Below, piece after piece: positions 39,501 through 54,500 of a stretch of DNA of 64,000 bases (position 1 is its first letter; the number at the start of each line of letters is the position of its first letter). The notes under the pieces were generated by a model. That model was not told where the DNA came from, made no database searches, and saw nothing but the letters and a program-made list of their open reading frames with translations. This DNA comes from the human T2T-CHM13v2.0 reference genome, Homo sapiens. A program made the position numbers and the translations under genes. The DNA lies in assembly GCF_009914755.1 (NCBI RefSeq), contig NC_060946.1; one strand, 5' to 3'.

Positions 39501-39520
39501 TGCCTACAGGGAACATTGGA
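33600..39520 (+). repeat. Roughly 3-HOR block duplicated at +11,434 bp (~45035-50955) and again from ~58375
   Basis: Diagnostic variants aactcatttataggtttctg (34041/45475/58815), cacccaacgat, cacagctaatttc and gatccccaagtgg are shared. The 137-aa variant ORF appears at 35005, 46439 and 59779. Confidence 0.9.
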
Positions 39521-42500
39521 CCTATATCTGCACTGATCACCCAGGTGATGCAACTCCTGCCTAGGCTTTGCCTACAGGGGACATTGTGACATATCTCTTC
39601 AATGATCACTCATGTGATGCATCTCTTGCCTAGGCTTTGCCTACAGGGGACATTGTGACATATCTCTGCACTGATCTCCCAGGTGCTGTAACTTTAGTCT
39701 AGGCTCTGGCTACACGGCATTGTGACATATCACTGCACTGATCAACCAGGTGATATAACTCTTGTATAGGCTCTGCCTACAGGGGGATTGTGACCTACCT
39801 CTGCACTGATCACCCAGGTGATATAACTCTTCTCTAGGATCTGCCTACAGGGTACTTTGTGACATATCCCTGCACTGATCACCCAGGTGATCTATCTCTG
39901 GTCTAAGCTCTGCCTAAAGGGGCATTGTGACAGATCTCTGCACTGATCACTCAGGTGATGTAAGTATTGTCTAGGCTCGGCTTCAAGGGGCCTTGTCACA
40001 TATCTCTGCACTGATCACTCAGGTGATGTAACTCTTGTCTAGGCTCTGCTTCCAGGGCATATTGTGACATATCTATGCACTGATCACCTTAGTGATGTAA
40101 CACTTTGGTAGGCTCGGCCTACAGGGGAATCTTGACATATCTCTGCACTGTTAACCGAGGTGATTTAACTCTTGTCTAGGCTGTGCCCACAGGGGGATTG
40201 AGACATATCTCTGCACTGATCCCGAGGTGATACAACTCTTGACTGGTCTCTGCCTACTGGGGACATTGTGACATATCTCTGCACTGATCTCCCAGGTGCT
40301 GTAACTTTAGTCTAGGCTCTGGCTACACGGCATTGTGACATATCACTGCACTGAGCACCCAGGCGATATAACTCTTCTCTAGGATCTGACCACAGGGTGC
40401 TTTGTGACATATCCCTGCAATGATCACCCAGGTGATATACCACTTGCCAAGGCTCTGCCTACAGGGGCATTGCAATGTATGTCTGCACTGATCACCTAGG
40501 TCTTGTAGCTATTTTCTAGGATCTGCCTACAGGGTGCTTTGTGACGTGTCCCAGCAAGGATTACCCAGGTGATGTACCTCTCATCAAGGCTCTGCCTACA
40601 GGCACATTGTGATGTATCTCTGCACTGATCACCTAGGTCATGTAACCTTTTTCTAGGCTCTACCTACGATGGCATTGTGACATATCTCTGCACTAATCAT
40701 CCAAGTGATGTAACACTTGTCTAGGATGTGCCTAAATTAACTTTTTGACATAACCCTGTACTGATCATCCAGGTGATGGAGCTTTTGTCTAGGCTCTGCC
40801 TAAGGGGGCATTGTGACATATTTCTGCATTGATCACCCAGGTGGCGAACTCTTCTCTCGGATCTGCCTATGGGGGCATTGTGAGAAATCTCTGCACTGAT
40901 AACCCAGGTGATGTAACTGTTGTGTAACCTCTGCCTACAGGGGAATTGTGAGAGATCTCGTCACTGATTACCCAAGTGATGTAACCGTTGTCTAGGCTTT
41001 GCATACAGGGGGCTTTGTGACATACCTTTGCACTGATCACCCAGGTGATGTAACACATCTAAGTTCGGCCTAAAGGAGCTTTGTGACATATCTCTGCACT
41101 GATCACTTAGGTGATGTATCACGTTTATAATCACTGCCTACTGGGAATTTTGACAAATCTCTGCACTGATCACCTAGGTGATGTAACTCTTGTCTACCCC
41201 CTGTCCAACAGGGCATTGTGAAATATCTCTGCACTGATCACCCAGGTGATTCAACTCTTGACTATGAACTGCCTACAGAGGTTATTGTGAAATATCTCTG
41301 CACTGATAAACTAGGTGGTGTAACCATTGTCCAAGCTCTGCCTACAGGGGCGTTTCCACATATCCCTGAACTGATGACAAAGGTGATGTAACTCTTGCCT
41401 AGGCTTTGCCTGCAGGGAACATTGGACATATATCTGCACTGATCACCCAGGTGATGCAACTCTTGCCTAGGCTTTGCCTACAGGGGACATTGTGACATAT
41501 CTCTTCAATGATCACTCATGTGATGCATCTCTTGCCTAGGCTTTGCCTACAGGGGACATTGTGACATATCTCTGCACTGATCTCCCAGGAGCTGTAACTT
41601 TAGTCTAGGCTCTGGCTACACGGCATTGTGACATATCACTGCACTGATCAACCAGGTGATATAACTCTTGTATAGGCTCTGCCTACAGGGGGATTGTGAC
41701 CTACCTCTGCACTGATCACGCAGGTGATATAACTCTTCTCTAGTATCTTCCTACAGGGTACTTTGTGACATATCCCTGCACTGATCACCCAGGTGATCTA
41801 TCTCTGGTCTAAGCTCTGCCTAAAGGGGCATTGTGACAGATCTCTGCACTGATCACTCAGGTGATGTAAGTATTGTCTAGGCTCTGCTTCAAGGGGCCTT
41901 GTCACATATCTCTGCACTGATAACCCAGGTGATGTAACTCTTGTCTAGGCCCTGCTTCCAGGGCATATTGTGACATATCTATGCACTGATCACCTTAGTG
42001 ATGTAACACTTTGGTAGGCTCGGCCTACAGGGGAATGTTGACATATCTCTGCACTGTTAACCGAGGTGATTTAACTCTTGTCTAGGCTGTGCCCACAGTG
42101 GGATTGAGACATATCTCTGCACTGATCCCGAGGTGATACAACTCTTGCCTGGTCTCTGCCTACTGTGGACATTGTGACATATCTCTGCACTGATCTCCCA
42201 GGTGCTGTAACTTTAGTCTAGGCTCTGGCTACACGGCATTGTGACATATCACTGCACTGATCACCCAGGCGATATAACTCTTCTCTAGGATCTGACCACA
42301 GGGTGCTTTGTGACATATCCCTGCAATGATCACCCAGGTGACATACAACTTGCCAAGGCTCTGCCTACAGGGGCATTGCAATGTATCTCTGCACTGATCA
42401 CCTAGGTCTTGTAGCTATTTTCTAGGATCTGCCTACAGGGTGCTTTGTGAGGTGTCCCAGCAAGGTTTACCCAGGTGATGTATCTCTCATCAAGGCTCTG

Positions 42501-45500
42501 CCTACAGGCACATTGTGATGTATCTCTGCACTGATCACCTAGGTCATGTAAACTTTTTCTAGGCTCTACCTACGATGGCATTGTGACATATCTCTGCACT
42601 AATCATCCAAGTGATGTAACACTTGTCTAGGATGTGCCTAAATTAACTTTTTGACATAACCCTGTACTGATCATCCAGGTGATGGAGCTTTTGTCTAGGC
42701 TCTGCCTAAGGGGGCATTGTGACATATTTCTGCATTGATCACCCAGGTGGCGAACTCTTCTCTCGGATCTGCCTATGGGGGCATTGTGAGAAATCTCTGC
42801 ACTGATAACCCAGGTGATGTAACTGTTGTGTAACCTCTGCCTACAGGAGAATTGTGAGAGATCTCGTCACTGATTACCCAAGTGATGTAACCGTTGTCTA
42901 GGCTTTGCATACAGGGGGCTTTGTGACATACCTTTGCACTGATCACCCAGGTGATGTAACACATCTAAGTTCGGCCTAAAGGAGCTTTGTGACATATCTC
43001 TGCACTGATCACTTAGGTGATGTAACACTTTTATAATGACTGCCTACAGGGAATTTTGACAAATCTCTGCACTGATCACCTAGGTGATGTAACTCTTGTC
43101 TACCCTCTGTCCAACGGGGCATTGTGAAATATCTCTGCACTGATCACCCAGGTGATTCAACTCTTGACTAGGAACTGCCTACAGAGGTTGTTGTGAAATA
43201 TCTCTGCACTGATAAACTAGGTGGTGTAACCCTTGTCCAAGCTCTGCCTACAGCGGCGTTTCCACATATCCCTGAACTGATGACAAAGGTGATGTAACTC
43301 TTGCCTAGGCTTTGCCTACAGGGAACATTGGACATATATCTGCACTGATCACCCAGGTGATGCAGCTCCTCCCTAGGCTTTGCCTACAGCGGACATTGTG
43401 ACATATCACTTCAATGATCACTCATGTGATGCATCTCTTGCCTAGGCTTTGCCTACAGGGGACATTGTGACATATCTCTGCACTGATCTCCCAGGAGCTG
43501 TAACTTTAGTCTAGGCTCTGGCTACACGGCATTGTGACATATCACTGCACTGATCAACCAGGTGATATAACTCTTGTATAGGCTCTGCCTACAGGGGGAT
43601 TGTGACCTACCTCTGCACTGATCACCCAGGTGATATAACTCTTCTCTAGGATCTGCCTACAGGGTACTTTGTGACATATCCCTGCACTGATCACCCAGGT
43701 GATCTATCTCTGGTCTAAGCTCTGCCTAAAGGGGCATTGTGACAGATCTCTGCACTGATCACTCAGGTGATGTAAGTATTGTCTAGGCTCGGCTTCAAGG
43801 GGCCTTGTCACATATCTCTGCACTGATCACCCAGGTGATGTAACTCTTGTCTAGGCTCTGCTTCCAGGGCATATTGTGACATATCTATGCACTGATCACC
43901 TTAGTGATGTAACACTTTGGTAGGCTCGGCCTACAGGGGAATCTTGACATATCTCTGCACTGTTAACCGAGGTGATTTAACCCTTGTCTAGGCTGTGCCC
44001 ACAGGGGGATTGAGACATATCTCTGCACTGATCCCGAGGTGATACAACTCTTGCCTGGTCTCTGCCTACTGTGGACATTGTGACATATCTCTGCACTGAT
44101 CTCCCAGGTGCTGAAACTTTAGTCTAGGCTCTGGCTACACGGCATTGTGACATATCACTGCACTGATCACCCAGGCGATATAACTCTTCTCTAGGATCTG
44201 ACCACAGGGTGCTTTGTGACATATCCCTGCAATGATCACCAAGGTGATATACCACTTGCCAAGGCTCTGCCTACAGGGGCATTGCAATGTATCTCTGCAC
44301 TGATCACCTAGGTCTTGTAGCTATTTTCTAGGATGTGCCTACAGGGTGCTTTGTGACGTGTCCCAGCAAGGATTACCCAGGTGATGTACCTCTCATCAAG
44401 GCTCTGCCTACAGGCACATTGTGGTGTATCTCTGCACTGATCACCTAGGTCATGTAACCTTTTTCTAGGCTCTACCTACGATGGCATTGTGACATATCTC
44501 TGCACTAATCATCCAAGTGATGTAACACTTGTCTAGGATGTGCCTAAATTAACTTTTTGACATAACCCTGTACTGATCATCCAGGTGATGGAGCTTTTGT
44601 CTAGGCTCTGCCTAAGGGGGCATTGTGACATATTTCTGCATTGATCACCCAGGTGGCGAACTCTTCTCTCGGATCTGCCTAAGGGGGCATTGTGAGAAAT
44701 CTCTGCACTGATAACCCAGGTGATGTAACTGTTGTGTAACCTCTGCCTACAGGAGAATTGTGAGAGATCTCGTCACTGATTACCCAAGTGATGGAACCGT
44801 TGTCTAGGCTTTGCATACAGGGGGCTTTGTGACATACCTTTGCACTGATCACCCAGGTGATGTAACACATCTAAGTTCGGCCTAAAGGAGCTTTGTGACA
44901 TATCTCTGCACTGATCACTTAGGTGATGTAACACTTTTATAATCACTGCCTACAGGGAATTTTGACAAATCTCTGCACTGATCACCTAGGTGATGTAACT
45001 CTTGTCTACCCCCTGTCCAACAGGGCATTGTGAAATATCTCTGCACTGATCACCCAGGTGATTCAACTCTTGACTAGGAACTGCCTACAGAGGTTATTGT
45101 GAAATATCTCTGCACTGATAAACTAGGTGGTGTAAACCTTGTCCAAGCTCTGCCTACAGGGGCGTTTCCACATATCCCTGAACTGATGACAAAGGTGATG
45201 TAACTCTTGCCTAGGCTTTGCCTACAGGGAACATTGGACATATATCTGCACTGATCACCCAGGTGATGCAACTCTTGCCTAGGCTTTGCCTACAGGGGAC
45301 ATCGTGACATATCTCTTCAATGATCACTCATGTGATGCATCTCTTGCCTAGGCTTTGCCTACAGGGGACATTGTGACATATCTCTGCACTGATCTCCCAG
45401 GTGCTGTAACTTTAGTCTAGGCTCTGGCTACACGGCATTGTGACATATCAATGCACTGATCAACCAGGTGATATAACTCATTTATAGGTTTCTGCCTACA

Positions 45501-48500
45501 GGGGGATTGTGAACTACCACTGCACTGATCACCCAGGTGATATAACTCTTCTCTAGGATCTGCCTACAGGGTACTTTGTGACATATCCCTGCACTGATCA
45601 CCCAGGTGATCTAACTCTGGTCTAAGCTCTGCCTAAAGGGGCATTGTGACAGATCTCTGCACTGATCACTCTGGTGATGTAAGTATTGTCTAGGCTCTGC
45701 TTCAAGGGGCCTTGTCACATATCTCTGCACTGATCACCCAGGTGATGTAACTCTTGTCTAGGCTCTGCTTCCAGGGCATATTGTGACATATCTATGCACT
45801 GATCACCTTAGTGATGTAACACTTTGGTAGGCTCGGCCTACAGGGGAATCTTGACATATCTCTGCACTGTTAACCGAGGTGATTTAACTCTTGTCTAGGC
45901 TGTGCCCACAGGGGGATTGAGACGTATCTCTGCACTGATCCCGAGGTGATACAACTCTTGCCTGGTCTCTGCCTACTGTGGACATTGGGACATATCTCTG
46001 CACTGAACTCCCAGGTGCTGTAACTTTATTCTAGGCTCTGGCTACTCGGCATTGTGACATGTCACTGCACTGATCACCCAACGATATAACTCTTCTCTAG
46101 GATCTGACCACAGGGTGCTTTGTGACATATCCCTGCAATGATCACCCAGGTGATATACCACTTGCCAAGGCTCTGCCTACAGGGGCATTGCAATGTATCT
46201 CTGCACTGATCACCTAGGTCTTGTAGCTATTTTCTAGGATCTGCCTACAGGGTGCTTTGTGACGTGTCCCAGCAAGGATTACCCAGGTGGTGTACCTCTC
46301 ATCAAGGCTCTGCCTACAGGCACATTGTGATGTATCTCTGCACTGATCACCTCGGTCATGTAACTTTTTTCTAGGCTCTACCTACGATGGCATTGTGACA
46401 TATCTCTGCACTAATCATCCAAGTGATGTAACTCTTGTCTAGGATGTGCCTAAATTAACTTTTTGACATAACCCTGTACTGATCATCCAGGTGATGGAGC
46501 TTTTGTCTAGGCTCTGCCTAAGGGGGCATTGTGGCATATTTCTGCATTGATCACCCAGGTGGCGAACTCTTCTCTCGGATCTGCCTATGGGGGCATTGTG
46601 AGAAATCTCTGCACTGATCACCCAGGTGATGTAACTGTTGTGTAACCTCTGCCTACAGGGGAATTGTGAGAGATCTCGTAACTGATTACCCAAGTGATGT
46701 AACCGTTGTCTAGGCTTTGCATACAGGGGGCTTTGTGACATACCTTTGCACTGATCACCCAGGTGATGTAACACAGCTAATTTCGGCCTAAAGGAGCTTT
46801 GTGACATATCTCTGCACTGATCACTTAGGTGATGTAACACTTTTATAATCACTGCCTACAGGGAATTTTGACAAATCTCTGCACTGATCACCTAGGTGAT
46901 GTAACTCTTGTCTACCCCCTGTCCAACGGGGCATTGTGAAATATCTCTGCACTGATCACCCAGGTGACTCAACTCTTGACTAGGAACTGCCTACAGAGGT
47001 TATTGTGAAATATCTCTGCACTGATAAACTAGGTGGTGTAACCATTGTCCAAGCTCTGCCTACAGGGGCGTTTCCACATATCTCTGAACTGATGACAAAG
47101 GTGATGTAACTCTTGCCTAGGCTTTGCCTACAGGGAACATTGGACATATATCTGCACTGATCACCCAGGTGATGCAACTCTTGCCTAGGCTTTGCCTACA
47201 GGGGCATTGTGACATATCTCTTCAATGATCACTCATGTGATGCATCTCTTGCCTAGGCTTTGCCTACAGGGGACATTGTGACATATCTCTGCACTGATCT
47301 CCCAGGTGCTGTAACTTTAGTCTAGGCTCTGGCTACACGGCATTGTGACATATCACTGCACTGATCAACCAGGTGATATAACTCTTGTATAGGCTCTGCC
47401 TACAGGGGGATTTTGACCTACCTCTGCACTGATCACGCAGGTGATATAACTCTTCTCTAGGATCTTCCTACAGGGTACTTTGTGACATATCCCTGCACTG
47501 ATCACCCAGGTGATCTATCTCTGGTCTAAGCTCTGCCTAAAGGGGCATTGTGACAGATCTCTGCACTGATCACTCAGGTGATGTAAGTATTGTCTAGGCT
47601 CGGCTTCAAGGGGCCTTGTCACATATCTCTGCACTGATCACCCAGGTGATGTAACTCTTGTCTAGGCTCTGCTTCCAGGGCATATTGTGACATATCTATG
47701 CACTGATCACCTTAGTGATGTAACACTTTGGTATTCTCGGCCTACAGTGGAATCTTGACATATCTCTGCACTGTTAACCGAGGTGATTTAACTCTTGTCT
47801 AGGCTGTGCCCACAGGGGGATTGAGACATATCTCTGCACTGATCCCGAGGTGATACAACTCTTGCCTGGTCTCTGCCTACTGTGGACATTGTGACATATC
47901 TCTGCACTGATCTCCCAGGTGCTGTAAATTTAGTCTAGGCTCTGGCTACACGGCATTGTGACATAACACTGCACTGATCACCCAGGCGATATAACTCTTC
48001 TCTAGGATCTGACCACAGGGTGCTTTGTGACATATCCCTGCAATGATCACCCAGGTGATATACCACTTGCCAAGTCTCTGCCTACAGGGGCATTGCAATG
48101 TATCTCTGCACTGATCACCTAGGTCTTGTAGCTATTTTCTAGGATGTGCCTACAGGGTGCTTTGTGACGTGTCCCAGCAAGGATTACCCAGGTGATGTAC
48201 CTCTCATCAAGGCTCTGCCTACAGGCACATTGTGATGTATCTCTGCACTGATCACCTAGGTCATGTAAATTTTGTATAGGCTCTACCTACGATGGCATTG
48301 TGACATATCTCTGCACTAATCATCCAAGTGATGTAACTCTTGTCTAGGATGTGCCTAAATTAACTTTTTGACATAACCCTGTACTGATCATCCAGGTGAT
48401 GGAGCTTTTGTCTAGGCTCTGCCTAAGGGGGCATTGTGACGTATTTCTGCATTGATCCCCAAGTGGCGAACTCTTCTCTTGGATCTGCCTATGGGGGCAT

Positions 48501-51500
48501 TGTGAGAAATCTCTGCACTGATCACCCAGGTGATGTAACTGTTGTGTAACCTCTGCCTACAGGGGAATTGTGAGAGATCTCGTCACTGATTACCCAAGTG
48601 ATGTAACCGTTGTCTAGGCTTTGCGTACAAGGGGCTTTGTGACATACATTTGCACTGATCACCCAGGTGATGTAACACATCTAAGTTCGGCCTAAAGGAG
48701 CTTTGTGACATATCTCTGCACTGATCACTTAGGTGATGTAACACTTTTATAATCACTGCCTACAGGGAATTTTGACAAATCTCTGCACTGATCACCTAGG
48801 TGATGAAACTCTTTTCTACCCCCTGTCCAACGAGGCATTGTGAAATATCTCTGCACTGATCACCCAGGTGACTCAACTCTTGACTAGGAACTGCCTACAG
48901 AGGTTATTGTGAAATATCTCTGCACTGATAAACTAGGTGGTGTAACCCTTGTCCAAGCTCTGCCTACAGGGGCGTTTCCACATATCCCTGAACTGATGAC
49001 AAAGGTGATGTAACTCTTGCCTAGGCTTTGCCTACAGGGAACATTGGACATATATCTGCACTGATCACCCAGGTGATGCAACTCCTGCCTAGGCTTTGCC
49101 TACAGGGGACATTGTGACATATCTCTTCAATGATCACTCATGTGATGCATCTCTTGCCTAGGCTTTGCCTGCAGGGGACATTGTGACATATCTCTGCACT
49201 GATCTCCCAGGTGCTGTAACTTTAGTCTAGGCTCTGACTACACGGCATTGTGACATATCACTGCACTGATCAACCAGGTGATATAACTCTTGTATAGGCT
49301 CTGCCTACAGGGGGATTGTGACCTACCTCTGCACTGATCACCCAGGTGATATAACTCTTCTCTAGGATCTGCCTACAGGGTACTTTGTGACATATCCCTG
49401 CACTGATCACCCAGGTGATCTATCTCTGGTCTAAGCTCTGCCTAAAGGGGCATTGTGACAGATCTCTGCACTGATCAGTCTGGTGATGTAAGTATTGTCT
49501 AGGCTCGGCTTCAAGGGGCCTTGTCACATATCTCTGCACTGATAACCCAGGTGATGTAACTCTTGTCTAGGCTCTGCTTACAGGGCATATTGTGACATAT
49601 CTATGCACTGATCACCTTAGTGATGTAACACTTTGGTAGGCTCGGCCTACAGGGGAATCTTGACATATCTCTGCACTGTTAACCGAGGTGATTTAACTCT
49701 TGTCTAGGCTGTGCCCACAGGGGGATTGAGACATATCTCTGCACTGATCCCGAGGTGATACAACTCTTGCCTGGTCTCTGCCTACTGTGGTCATTGTGAC
49801 ATATCTCTGCACTGATCTCCCAGGTGCTGTAACTTTAGTCTAGGCTCTGGCTACACGGCATTGTGACATATCACTGCACTGATCACCCAGGCGATATAAC
49901 TCTTCTCTAGGATCTGACCACAGGGTGCTTTGTGACATATCCCTGCAATGATCACCCAGGTGATATACCACTTGCCAAGGCTCTGCCTACAGGGGCATTG
50001 CAATGTATCTCTGCACTGATCACCTAGGTCTTGTAGCTATTTTCTAGGATCTGCCTACAGGGTGCTTTGTGACGTGTCCCAGCAAGGATTACCCAGGTGA
50101 TGTACCTCTCATCAAGGCTCTGCCTACAGGCACATTGTGATGTATCTCTGCACTGATCACCTAGGTCATGTAACCTTTTTCTAGGCTCTACCTACGATGG
50201 CATTGTGACATATCTCTGCACTAATCATCCAAGTGATGTAACACTTGTCTAGGATGTGCCTAAATTAACTTTTTGACATAACCCTGTACTGATCATCCAG
50301 GTGATGGAGCTTTTGTCTAGGCTCTGCCTAAGGGGGCATTGTGACATATTTCTGCATTGATCACCCAGGTGGCGAACTCTTCTCTCGGATCTGCCTATGG
50401 GGGCATTGTGAGAAATCTCTGCACTGATAACCCAGGTGATGTAACTGTTGTGTAACCTCTGCCTACAGGAGAATTGTGAGAGATCTCGTCACTGATTACC
50501 CAAGTGATGTAACCGTTGTCTAGGCTTTGCATACAGGGAGCTCTGTGACATACCTTTGCACTGATCACCCAGGTGATGTAACACATCTAAGTTCGGCCTA
50601 AAGGAGCTTTGTGACATATCTCTGCACTGATCACTTAGGTGATGTAACACTTTTATAATCACTGCCTACAGGGAATTTTGACAAATCTCTGCACTGATCA
50701 CCTAGGTGATGTAACTCTTGTCTACCCCCTGTCCAACGGGGCATTGTGAAATATCTCTGCACTGATCACCCAGGTGATTCAACTCTTGACTAGGAACTGC
50801 CTACAGAGGTTATTGTGAAATATCTCTGCACTGATAAACTAGGTGGTGTAACCCTTGTCCAAGCTCTGCCTACAGGGGCGTTTCCACATATCCCTGAACT
50901 GATGACAAAGGTGATGTAACTCTTGCCTAGGCTTTGCCTACAGGGAACATTGGACATATATCTGCACTGATCACCCAGGTGATGCAACTCCTGCCTAGGA
51001 TTTGCCTACAGGGGACATTGTGACATATCTCTTCAATGATCACTCATGTGATGCATCTCTTGCCTAGGCTTTGCCTGCAGGGGACATTGTGACATATCTC
51101 TGCACTGATCTCCCAGGTGCTGTAACTTTAGTCTAGGCTCTGACTACACGGCATTGTGACATATCACTGCACTGATCAACCAGGTGATATAACTCTTGTA
51201 TAGGCTCTGCCTACAGGGGGATTGTGACCTACCTCTGCACTGATCACCCAGGTGATATAACTCTTCTCTAGGATCTGCCTACAGGGTACTTTGTGACATA
51301 TCCCTGCACTGATCACCCAGATGATCTATCTCTGGTCTAAGCTCTGCCTAAAGGGGCATTGTGACAGATCTCTGCACTGATCAGTCTGGTGATGTAAGTA
51401 TTGTCTAGGCTCGGCTTCAAGGGGCCTTGTCACATATCTCTGCACTGATAACCCAGGTGATGTAACTCTTGTCTAGGCTCTGCTTACAGGGCATATTGTG

Positions 51501-54500
51501 ACATATCTATGCACTGATCACCTTAGTGATGTAACACTTTGGTAGGCTCGGCCTACAGGGGAATCTTGACATATCTCTGCACTGTTAACCGAGGTGATTT
51601 AACTCTTGTCTAGGCTGTGCCCACAGGGGGATTGAGACATATCTCTGCACTGATCCCGAGGTGATACAACTCTTGCCTGGTCTCTGCCTACTGTGGTCAT
51701 TGTGACATATCTCTGCACTGATCTCCCAGGTGCTGTAACTTTAGTCTAGGCTCTGGCTACACGGCATTGTGACATATCACTGCACTGATCACCCAGGCGA
51801 TATAACTCTTCTCTAGGATCTGACCACAGGGTGCTTTGTGACATATCCCTGCAATGATCACCCAGGTGATATACCACTTGCCAAGGCTCTGCCTACAGGG
51901 GCATTGCAATGTATCTCTGCACTGATCACCTAGGTCTTGTAGCTATTTTCTAGGATGTGCCTACAGGGTGCTTTGTGACGTGTCCCAGCAAGGATTACCC
52001 AGGTGATGTACCTCTCATCAAGGCTCTGCCTACAGGCACATTGTGATGTATCTCTGCACTGATCACCTAGGTCATGTAACCTTTTTCTAGGCTCTACCTA
52101 CGATGGCATTGTGACATATCTCTGCACTAATCATCCAAGTGATGTAACACTTGTCTAGGATGTGCCTAAATTAACTTTTTGACATAACCCTGTACTGATC
52201 ATCCAGGTGATGGAGCTTTTGTCTAGGCTCTGCCTAAGGGGGCATTGTGACATATTTCTGCATTGATCACCCAGGTGGCGAACTCTTCTCTCGGATCTGC
52301 CTATGGGGGCATTGTGAGAAATCTCTGCACTGATAACCCAGGTGATGTAACTGTTGTGTAACCTCTGCCTACAGGAGAATTGTGAGAGATCTCGTCACTG
52401 ATTACCCAAGTGATGTAACCGTTGTCTAGGCTTTGCATACAGGGAGCTCTGTGACATACCTTTGCACTGATCACCCAGGTGATGTAACACATCTAAGTTC
52501 GGCCTAAAGGAGCTTTGTGACATATCTCTGCACTGATCACTTAGGTGATGTAACACTTTTATAATCACTGCCTACAGGGAATTTTGACAAATCTCTGCAC
52601 TGATCACCTAGGTGATGTAACTCTTGTCTACCCCCTGTCCAACGGGGCATTGTGAAATATCTCTGCACTGATCACCCAGGTGATTCAACTCTTGACTAGG
52701 AACTGCCTACAGAGGTTATTGTGAAATATCTCTGCACTGATAAACTAGGTGGTGTAACCCTTGTCCAAGCTCTGCCTACAGGGGCGTTTCCACATATCCC
52801 TGAACTGATGACAAAGGTGATGTAACTCTTGCCTAGGCTTTGCCTACAGGGAACATTGGACCTATATCTGCACTGATCACCCAGGTGATGCAACTCCTGC
52901 CTAGGCTTTGCCTACAGGGGACATTGTGACATATCTCTTCAATGATCACTCATGTGATGCATCTCTTGCCTAGGCTTTGCCTACAGGGGACATTGTGACA
53001 TATCTCTGCACTGATCTCCCAGGTGCTGTAACTTTAGTCTAGGCTCTGGCTACACGGCATTGTGACATATCACTGCACTGATCAACCAGGTGATATAACT
53101 CTTGTATAGGCTCTGCCTACAGGGGGATTGTGACCTACCTCTGCACTGATCACCCAGGTGATATAACTCTTCTCTAGGATCTGCCTACAGGGTACTTTGT
53201 GACATATCCCTGCACTGATCACCCAGGTGATCTATCTCTGGTCTAAGCTCTGCCTAAAGGGGCATTGTGACAGATCTCTGCACTGATCACTCAGGTGATG
53301 TAAGTATTGTCTAGGCTCGGCTTCAAGGGGCCTTGTCACATATCTCTGCACTGATCACTCAGGTGATGTAACTCTTGTCTAGGCTCTGCTTCCAGGGCAT
53401 ATTGTGACATATCTATGCACTGATCACCTTAGTGATGTAACACTTTGGTAGGCTCGGCCTACAGGGGAATCTTGACATATCTCTGCACTGTTAACCGAGG
53501 TGATTTAACTCTTGTCTAGGCTGTGCCCACAGGGGGATTGAGACATATCTCTGCACTGATCCCGAGGTGATACAACTCTTGACTGGTCTCTGCCTACTGG
53601 GGACATTGTGACATATCTCTGCACTGATCTCCCAGGTGCTGTAACTTTAGTCTAGGCTCTGGCTACACGGCATTGTGACATATCACTGCACTGAGCACCC
53701 AGGCGATATAACTCTTCTCTAGGATCTGACCACAGGGTGCTTTGTGACATATCCCTGCAATGATCACCCAGGTGATATACCACTTGCCAAGGCTCTGCCT
53801 ACAGGGGCATTGCAATGTATGTCTGCACTGATCACCTAGGTCTTGTAGCTATTTTCTAGGATCTGCCTACAGGGTGCTTTGTGACGTGTCCCAGCAAGGA
53901 TTACCCAGGTGATGTACCTCTCATCAAGGCTCTGCCTACAGGCACATTGTGATGTATCTCTGCACTGATCACCTAGGTCATGTAACCTTTTTCTAGGCTC
54001 TACCTACGATGGCATTGTGACATATCTCTGCACTAATCATCCAAGTGATGTAACACTTGTCTAGGATGTGCCTAAATTAACTTTTTGACATAACCCTGTA
54101 CTGATCATCCAGGTGATGGAGCTTTTGTCTAGGCTCTGCCTAAGGGGGCATTGTGACATATTTCTGCATTGATCACCCAGGTGTCGAACTCTTCTCTCGG
54201 ATCTGCCTATGGGGGCATTGTGAGAAATCTCTGCACTGATCACCCAGGTGATGTAACTGTTGTGTAACCTCTGCCTACAGGGGAATTGTGAGAGATCTCG
54301 TCACTGATTACCCAAGTGATGTAACCGTTGTCTAGGCTTTGCATACAGGGGGCTTTGTGACATACCTTTGCACTGATCACCCAGGTGATGTAACACATCT
54401 AAGTTCGGCCTAAAGGAGCTTTGTGACATATCTCTGCACTGATCACTTAGGTGATGTATCACGTTTATAATCACTGCCTACTGGGAATTTTGACAAATCT

